In this document: in pieces, positions 59,225-64,000 of the stretch | Numbering within the stretch: the stretch's first letter is position 1 | Layout of the letters: every line of letters starts with the position of its first letter | Made by a program: the position numbers and the translations under genes | Origin: Candidatus Poribacteria bacterium | Lineage (GTDB): Bacteria > Poribacteria > WGA-4E > GCA-2687025 | Direction: 5' to 3' | Assembly (NCBI GenBank): GCA_963665845.2 | Contig: OY762492.1 | Location: 3,680,001 to 3,744,000, forward strand | DNA: 64,000 nucleotides | The notes under the pieces: generated by a model | Databases searched by the model: none | What the model was told of the DNA's origin: nothing | The model's input: the letters and a program-made list of their open reading frames with translations, nothing else

Positions 59225-60733
59225 ATGAAACAAGAAACGCGCCCGGCCAACTTCGCTTCGCAAACGATATGGACAGGCGACAACCTGGACATCATGCGCG
59301 GCATGAACTCCGACAGCGTCGACCTGATCTACCTTGATCCGCCCTTCAACAGCAAGGCAAACTACGCCGCCCCTATCGGAAGCAAAGCGGCCGGCGCCGC
59401 CTTCAAAGACACCTGGGGGCTGGACGATGTGAATCTGGTCTGGCACGGCGAGATCAAGCATGAATATCCCGGCCTATACGCTCTCCTGACGGCAACGCGC
59501 GAGATTCATGGCGCCTCCATGATGAGCTACCTGATCTACATGTCCATACGCATTATGGAAATGCGCAGGCTGTTGAAACCGGCAGGCTCCATCTATCTCC
59601 ATTGCGACGACACAGCGGGCGCGTATCTGAAACTGCTGATGGACTCGGTGTTCGGGGCGCGGAACTTCCGCAATGAGCTGATTTGGAAACGGACGGCTGG
59701 AAAGGGCTTAAACCCGACGCGATTCATGCGTAACACCGACATCCTCTTACTTTACGGAAAGGGACAAAAGGCGACGTGGAATCAGCAGTATCTTCCATTT
59801 CCGCCTGATTTCGCAGAGGGTTGGCGCGACGATCCGGTTAATGGAAAATGGCAGCCAGCGGACTTGACAGGCGGCAAGGGCGGCTCCGAATCCGCCTACG
59901 CTGAATTCAATGGAGCGCTCCCGCCTGCGGGGCGAGCGTGGGCGCCGCCCCGCCGTGAGAAGTTTCCTCCCGGCGTTGATCTGCCCGACGACTACGAGGA
60001 GCTGACGCCTCTGGAAAAATGCGAGGCGCTGGATCGGGCGGGGATGATCCATTGGTCGTCTGGCGGCAAGCCCTACTACCGGAAGTTTCTTAGCGCCCTG
60101 AAGGGCGTTTACGCCTCTACGCTGATTGAGGACATCCCGCCCGCGAAGGGAGATGAGAGGCTAGGCTATCCGACGCAAAAGCCGCTGGCGCTTCTCCGCC
60201 GCATCATCAAGGCGTCCTCGAACGAGGGCGATATGGTCATGGATCCGTTCTGCGGCTGCGCGACAACCTGCATCGCCGCCGAACAGCTACAGCGAGACTG
60301 GGTCGGCATCGACATCTCGGAGAAGGCGGCGGATCTTGTTCAGTCGCGCCTGCGGGAAGAAGTCGGGCTGACATACCAAGGCGCGCATCGGACCGACATT
60401 CCCAAACGAACCGACTTGGGCAAGATTCCGAAATACAATTGCGCCGAGAACCGCCGTTATCTTTACGGACAGCAGGGCGGTTACTGCACTGCTTGCGGGA
60501 CGCATTTTGAGCCGCGGCATTTTCAGGTGGATCATATCATCCCGCGCGCGAATGGCGGGAACGACCATATCAGCAACCTGCAGCTTCTGTGCGGCTCATG
60601 CAACGCGCATAAAGGCACAAAGTCGCATGAGGAGCTGATCAAGCTGCTGACCGATAAGGGATGGATCAAGCGGCGGCAAGAGATGATCGCTAAAGGAAAC
60701 CGCCAATCCAAACAGGCGCCGCCGAACGAATAG
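59225..60733 (+). CDS. DNA methyltransferase fused to a C-terminal HNH endonuclease
   Basis: DLIYLDPPFNS, GSIYLHCD, YPTQKP, DPFCGCAT, then CTAC..VDHIIPRANGGNDHISNLQLLCGSCNAHKG. Confidence 0.92.
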   Translation: MKQETRPANFASQTIWTGDNLDIMRGMNSDSVDLIYLDPPFNSKANYAAPIGSKAAGAAFKDTWGLDDVNLVWHGEIKHEYPGLYALLTATREIHGASMMSYLIYMSIRIMEMRRLLKPAGSIYLHCDDTAGAYLKLLMDSVFGARNFRNELIWKRTAGKGLNPTRFMRNTDILLLYGKGQKATWNQQYLPFPPDFAEGWRDDPVNGKWQPADLTGGKGGSESAYAEFNGALPPAGRAWAPPRREKFPPGVDLPDDYEELTPLEKCEALDRAGMIHWSSGGKPYYRKFLSALKGVYASTLIEDIPPAKGDERLGYPTQKPLALLRRIIKASSNEGDMVMDPFCGCATTCIAAEQLQRDWVGIDISEKAADLVQSRLREEVGLTYQGAHRTDIPKRTDLGKIPKYNCAENRRYLYGQQGGYCTACGTHFEPRHFQVDHIIPRANGGNDHISNLQLLCGSCNAHKGTKSHEELIKLLTDKGWIKRRQEMIAKGNRQSKQAPPNE

Positions 60734-60744
60734 CGCGCTATCGG

Positions 60745-60843
60745 CGCCTGCGGCGCCTAAGATTCCCGTTTTCACGGGAATGACGAGGGGCGGCGCGGAC
60801 GCTTTAGGGTTAAAAATGAATGTCATCGTATGAGCGTACTGCC
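60745..60843. repeat. MITE-B partial copy with dRS3-like palindrome
   Basis: Reverse complement matches 17190-17290; ends TCATCGTATGAGCGTACTGCC. Confidence 0.75.
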
Positions 60844-60911
60844 GAAATACGGCAGGGTTGCGTCAGCGGCTTCCTCTCGTGTATGATGAGCAAAACAGAG
60901 CGGAGGGCGGC

Positions 60912-61820
60912 ATGTTCAAGCGATTAGGGTTGAGATGGGCGGTATGCGCGGTTTGGACGGCATGCGCGGGCGTCGCCGCGGCGGATGGCGAACATATCTT
61001 TCCGTCGCTCAACATCGCGCTTGGCGCGGCCGCCGTCGGCACAGGGCAATCCGGCTCCGCCGACTCCGCCGACGCCTACTCCATCTATTGGAACCCTGCG
61101 GGACTCGCGCTGGCGCGCCAAACGGAGATTGCCGCAATGAGCAACGCATGGGTTCTGGATGTCCAGCAGAGCTGCGCCGCGCTTGCGCATCCGCTTTCGG
61201 ACAAGATCGGCGCCGGGTTTTTGGTGAGCTATCTCGACTACGGCGAAATTGTCCGAAGGGACGACAACGGAAACGAGACGGGGCAGTTCCGCCCTTATGA
61301 CCTTGTCGCAGGCGCGGGTCTCGGCGCGAATGTCGGCGCTCAAACCCATATTGGCGCCGCTGTCAAGTATCTGCTTCAAGAGATCGACGGCGAATCGGCG
61401 GACGGAATCGCGCTGGATGTCGGCATACGGCGCGAGTTCTTGAACGGACGCGCCTCCGCGGCCGCCTCCGCGCACCATATCGGAAACGGGATCGGTTTTG
61501 ACGAGGAGCGGTTTCCGCTGCCGACAACGTTTCGGGTCGGCGGGGCGTACCGTTTCGAGTCGGCGGTTCTGGTAGCGGACGCGGCGTTTCCGTCCGGCGC
61601 GGATACGCTCATCGGCGCCGGCATGAGCGTCCGCCCCTTGGAGCTGTTGACGCTGCGCGGAGGGTATCGATACGAACTTGGCGGAAACGATCTCGGCGCG
61701 CTGTCGGGGCTGACGGTCGGCTTTGGGCTGCATATTGAGCCGTTTACGGTCGATTATGCGCTGGTGTCGATGGGGTCGCTGGGTCCGTCGAATCGGGTGT
61801 CGGTTGCCGTGCTGTTTTGA
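60912..61820 (+). CDS. PorV/PorQ-like (UPF0164) outer-membrane beta-barrel protein
   Basis: Signal peptide, DAYSIYWNPAGLA, YLDYGEI, GIALDVG, LPTTFRVG, LRGGY, C-terminal Phe. Confidence 0.8.
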   Translation: MFKRLGLRWAVCAVWTACAGVAAADGEHIFPSLNIALGAAAVGTGQSGSADSADAYSIYWNPAGLALARQTEIAAMSNAWVLDVQQSCAALAHPLSDKIGAGFLVSYLDYGEIVRRDDNGNETGQFRPYDLVAGAGLGANVGAQTHIGAAVKYLLQEIDGESADGIALDVGIRREFLNGRASAAASAHHIGNGIGFDEERFPLPTTFRVGGAYRFESAVLVADAAFPSGADTLIGAGMSVRPLELLTLRGGYRYELGGNDLGALSGLTVGFGLHIEPFTVDYALVSMGSLGPSNRVSVAVLF

Positions 61821-61843
61821 CGGGAGCGTCAAACGACCAATAA

Positions 61844-62047
61844 CTGACCTCATATGTAAAGTTGGGACAGCTGAACGAACAAAGCCTTTATTCATGGGAA
61901 AAAGCGTCGCCAACCAGACCGTCCCCCGCTTACGCGAGGACATGCATTCCCGCGCAAGCGGGAATCCAGAGGCAAACAAAGAACGTCTAAATATCCCAAA
62001 CACATCCCGCGAACCAAACCAGTCATTCCCGCGCAAGCGGGAATCTT
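61844..62047. repeat. MITE-A arm plus two dRS3-like palindromes
   Basis: CTGACCTCATATGTAAAGTTGGGACA..GAACGAACAAAGCCTTTATTCATGGGAAAAAG, near-identical to 2690-2760. Confidence 0.8.
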
Positions 62048-62167
62048 AAAAGCGTTATCTTCTGATCAAACGCCATCGCCCCCAATAAGTCCATCTGGGC
62101 ATGAAGCCGCTCTTACCGTCATTGACGAAGACATTTCAGCCATGCGCCAAAGATACGGAATCAACCC

Positions 62168-63304
62168 ATGACACAGACGGGCGTCCTTTTCGGCGTCGCC
62201 GCGCCAGAGTTCGTTCCGACGGAAGGGATCAAGTATATCGGCTCCAAACTAAAGCTGATTCCGCATATCCTGCGGCTTGTGAAGAAGGTTGACGCCAAAA
62301 CGGTTCTGGACGGCTTTTCCGGCACGACGCGAGTCTCGCAGGCGCTCGCCAAGCTCGGCTATACGGTTGTCTGCAACGACATCGCCGCATGGTCAAAAAC
62401 GTTCGGCGCCTGCTATCTTCTGAATTCTAAACCGAAAGAGGCGTATCAGCCTCTCATTGACCGCCTCAACGCCGTTCCGCCCGCGGACGGATGGTTTACT
62501 GAGCATTACGGCGGCGATTCAAACGGGGGGCTTTCCATTCAAAAGGACGGACTTAAAAAGCCATGGCAGCGGCATAACACGCGCAAACTGGACGCGATCC
62601 GACAGGAAATCGACAACCTGCGCCTAGACCCCGTGGAGAAAGCGGTCGCCCTCACAAGCCTTATTTTAGCGTTGGACAAAGTGGACAACAGCCTAGGGCA
62701 TTTTTCCTCCTATTTAAAAGATTGGCCGCCCAGATCGTATCGAGCGTTGACGCTGCGTACGCCGGAGACGTTCATCTCTGAAGGAAACCATCAGGTGTAT
62801 CAGAGCGACATATTCGATCTTGTACCGCGCGTTTCGGCGGATCTCGCCTATTTTGACCCGCCTTACGGATCCAACAACGAAAAAATGCCGGCTTCCCGCG
62901 TTCGTTACGCCGCTTACTACCACCTATGGAAAACTGTCGTCCTTAATGATAAGCCGCCGCTTTTTGGCAAGGCGAAACGGCGAAAAGACACCTCCGACAC
63001 CCTTGCCGCGTCCGTCTTCGAAGAATTTCGAAGCAATAGCGGCGGTCAATATATCGCCGTAGAAGCGCTATCGACGTTGATCCGAGAAACGCAGGCGCGG
63101 TGGGTTCTTCTCTCATACAGCTCGGGCGGCAGAGCGACCGCGCAGCAGCTCAACGATGTCATGCGGGAAAACGGCGATCTGCTGGAAGTCGTCAAAATCG
63201 GCCACAAGAAAAATGTGATGGCTGGAATGCAATGGACGCATGAGTGGGTCAACGACGCGCAGCAGCCGAATCAAGAGTATCTGTTTTTGCTTGAAAAAGC
63301 GTAG
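62168..63304 (+). CDS. DNA adenine methyltransferase (D12 class)
   Basis: KYIGSKLKL, LDGFSGTTRVS, AYFDPPY, LLSYS, EYLF. Confidence 0.9.
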   Translation: MTQTGVLFGVAAPEFVPTEGIKYIGSKLKLIPHILRLVKKVDAKTVLDGFSGTTRVSQALAKLGYTVVCNDIAAWSKTFGACYLLNSKPKEAYQPLIDRLNAVPPADGWFTEHYGGDSNGGLSIQKDGLKKPWQRHNTRKLDAIRQEIDNLRLDPVEKAVALTSLILALDKVDNSLGHFSSYLKDWPPRSYRALTLRTPETFISEGNHQVYQSDIFDLVPRVSADLAYFDPPYGSNNEKMPASRVRYAAYYHLWKTVVLNDKPPLFGKAKRRKDTSDTLAASVFEEFRSNSGGQYIAVEALSTLIRETQARWVLLSYSSGGRATAQQLNDVMRENGDLLEVVKIGHKKNVMAGMQWTHEWVNDAQQPNQEYLFLLEKA

Positions 63305-63312
63305 CCAAACGC

Positions 63313-64000
63313 TCAACCGCGCTTCAAAACGACGATGCGGTTGCTGTTCGTCCCCTTGCGGTTGTTGGAGACGCCCCAGCAGTTTGCCGTCTTGGTGAAC
63401 CGCTGCGCGTTGATGAGCAGGCGGGACGGCGACAACCCGCCCTCCAGCGCCGCGCGGACGACCGCCTCCTCCAGCAAAACGGAGCCGCCGCGCACCTCCC
63501 CCACCTCAAACGCGACCAGCCCGTCCGCCTTCAGCGTCCGCCGAAGCTCCGCAAACACGCCGACCATCCGCGCCGTCCAGTCCGACAGCGAACGCAGCTG
63601 CCAAACCGACCCGTCCGACGGCGGCTCCAAACCGCAAAACCACATCCGAAGCCAGTTGTCGCGCATATAATCGACCGTGTCCAAAAACGGCGGCGAGGTT
63701 ACGACCAGATCGACCGATTCGTCCGGCAACTGCGGCGACGAGTCCGCCGAGCCTGTCAACAGAAGCGCGTCTCCGCGGCGGTAATGCGGCGGCAGCGGGC
63801 GGCGCAGCAGCGCCTTCGACTTGCGCAGAATCAGCGCCCGCGTGTCCCGATATTCAGGCGTCTGTTCGCGCCGCGCGTTGATTTTCCGTTGAGACGCGGG
63901 CGACGCGGCAAGGTTCGGCGGCAGCGTATAAACCGAAAAGAAGCCGGGAGAATGCCCCGTCAAACGCCCGCACGCGACCATCTGAATCCAAGCGTCCGCG
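63313..64000 (-). CDS. Site-specific DNA methyltransferase, SPPF type (5' part beyond the window)
   Basis: SVDLVVTSPPFLD..DY..DNWLR.WF, FTKTANCWGVSNN; frame open to the right edge (ADAWIQMVA). Confidence 0.8.
   Translation of the reverse strand, partial: ADAWIQMVACGRLTGHSPGFFSVYTLPPNLAASPASQRKINARREQTPEYRDTRALILRKSKALLRRPLPPHYRRGDALLLTGSADSSPQLPDESVDLVVTSPPFLDTVDYMRDNWLRMWFCGLEPPSDGSVWQLRSLSDWTARMVGVFAELRRTLKADGLVAFEVGEVRGGSVLLEEAVVRAALEGGLSPSRLLINAQRFTKTANCWGVSNNRKGTNSNRIVVLKRG

Noticed and set aside
55381-64000. tRNA-Lys as integration site of an island holding the MTase cluster
   Set aside because: No integrase and no duplicated tRNA 3' end were seen in the window.

Overview
High-GC bacterial chromosome window with a sponge-symbiont (Candidatus Poribacteria-like) gene repertoire; the taxonomy is inferred from WD40, ankyrin, HEAT, TPR and LamG proteins, PhyH dioxygenases, a sulfatase and the C-terminal 'P.SV.P..K.A..W..LKR' motif. 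Housekeeping genes include hup, ftsEX, an envC-like gene, ctpA, cca, rplM-rpsI-purA and tRNA-Lys. Many intergenic gaps hold mosaics of short repeats built around an ATTCCC-N8-GGGAAT palindrome (Neisseria dRS3-like), including two MITE families with target-site duplications. Main result: a complete IS110 element (17425-18966) is inserted into one of these palindromes. Its upstream non-coding end folds into a bridge-RNA architecture whose four guide segments match the repeat (target) and the element's own joined ends (donor), and the joined ends rebuild a sigma70 promoter. A second, orphan donor-target hybrid junction 40 kb away (59047-59060) coincides with a 5'-truncated HNH gene, which suggests bridge-recombinase-linked rearrangement at the repeats. 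Other notable items: a Type IIG-like restriction-modification gene out of frame at a C12 tract (candidate phase variation), five DNA methyltransferase genes, two normally contiguous gene sets split at repeat clusters, a consensus sigma54 promoter in front of a small unknown ORF, and a tRNA-Lys overlapping the purA stop codon.
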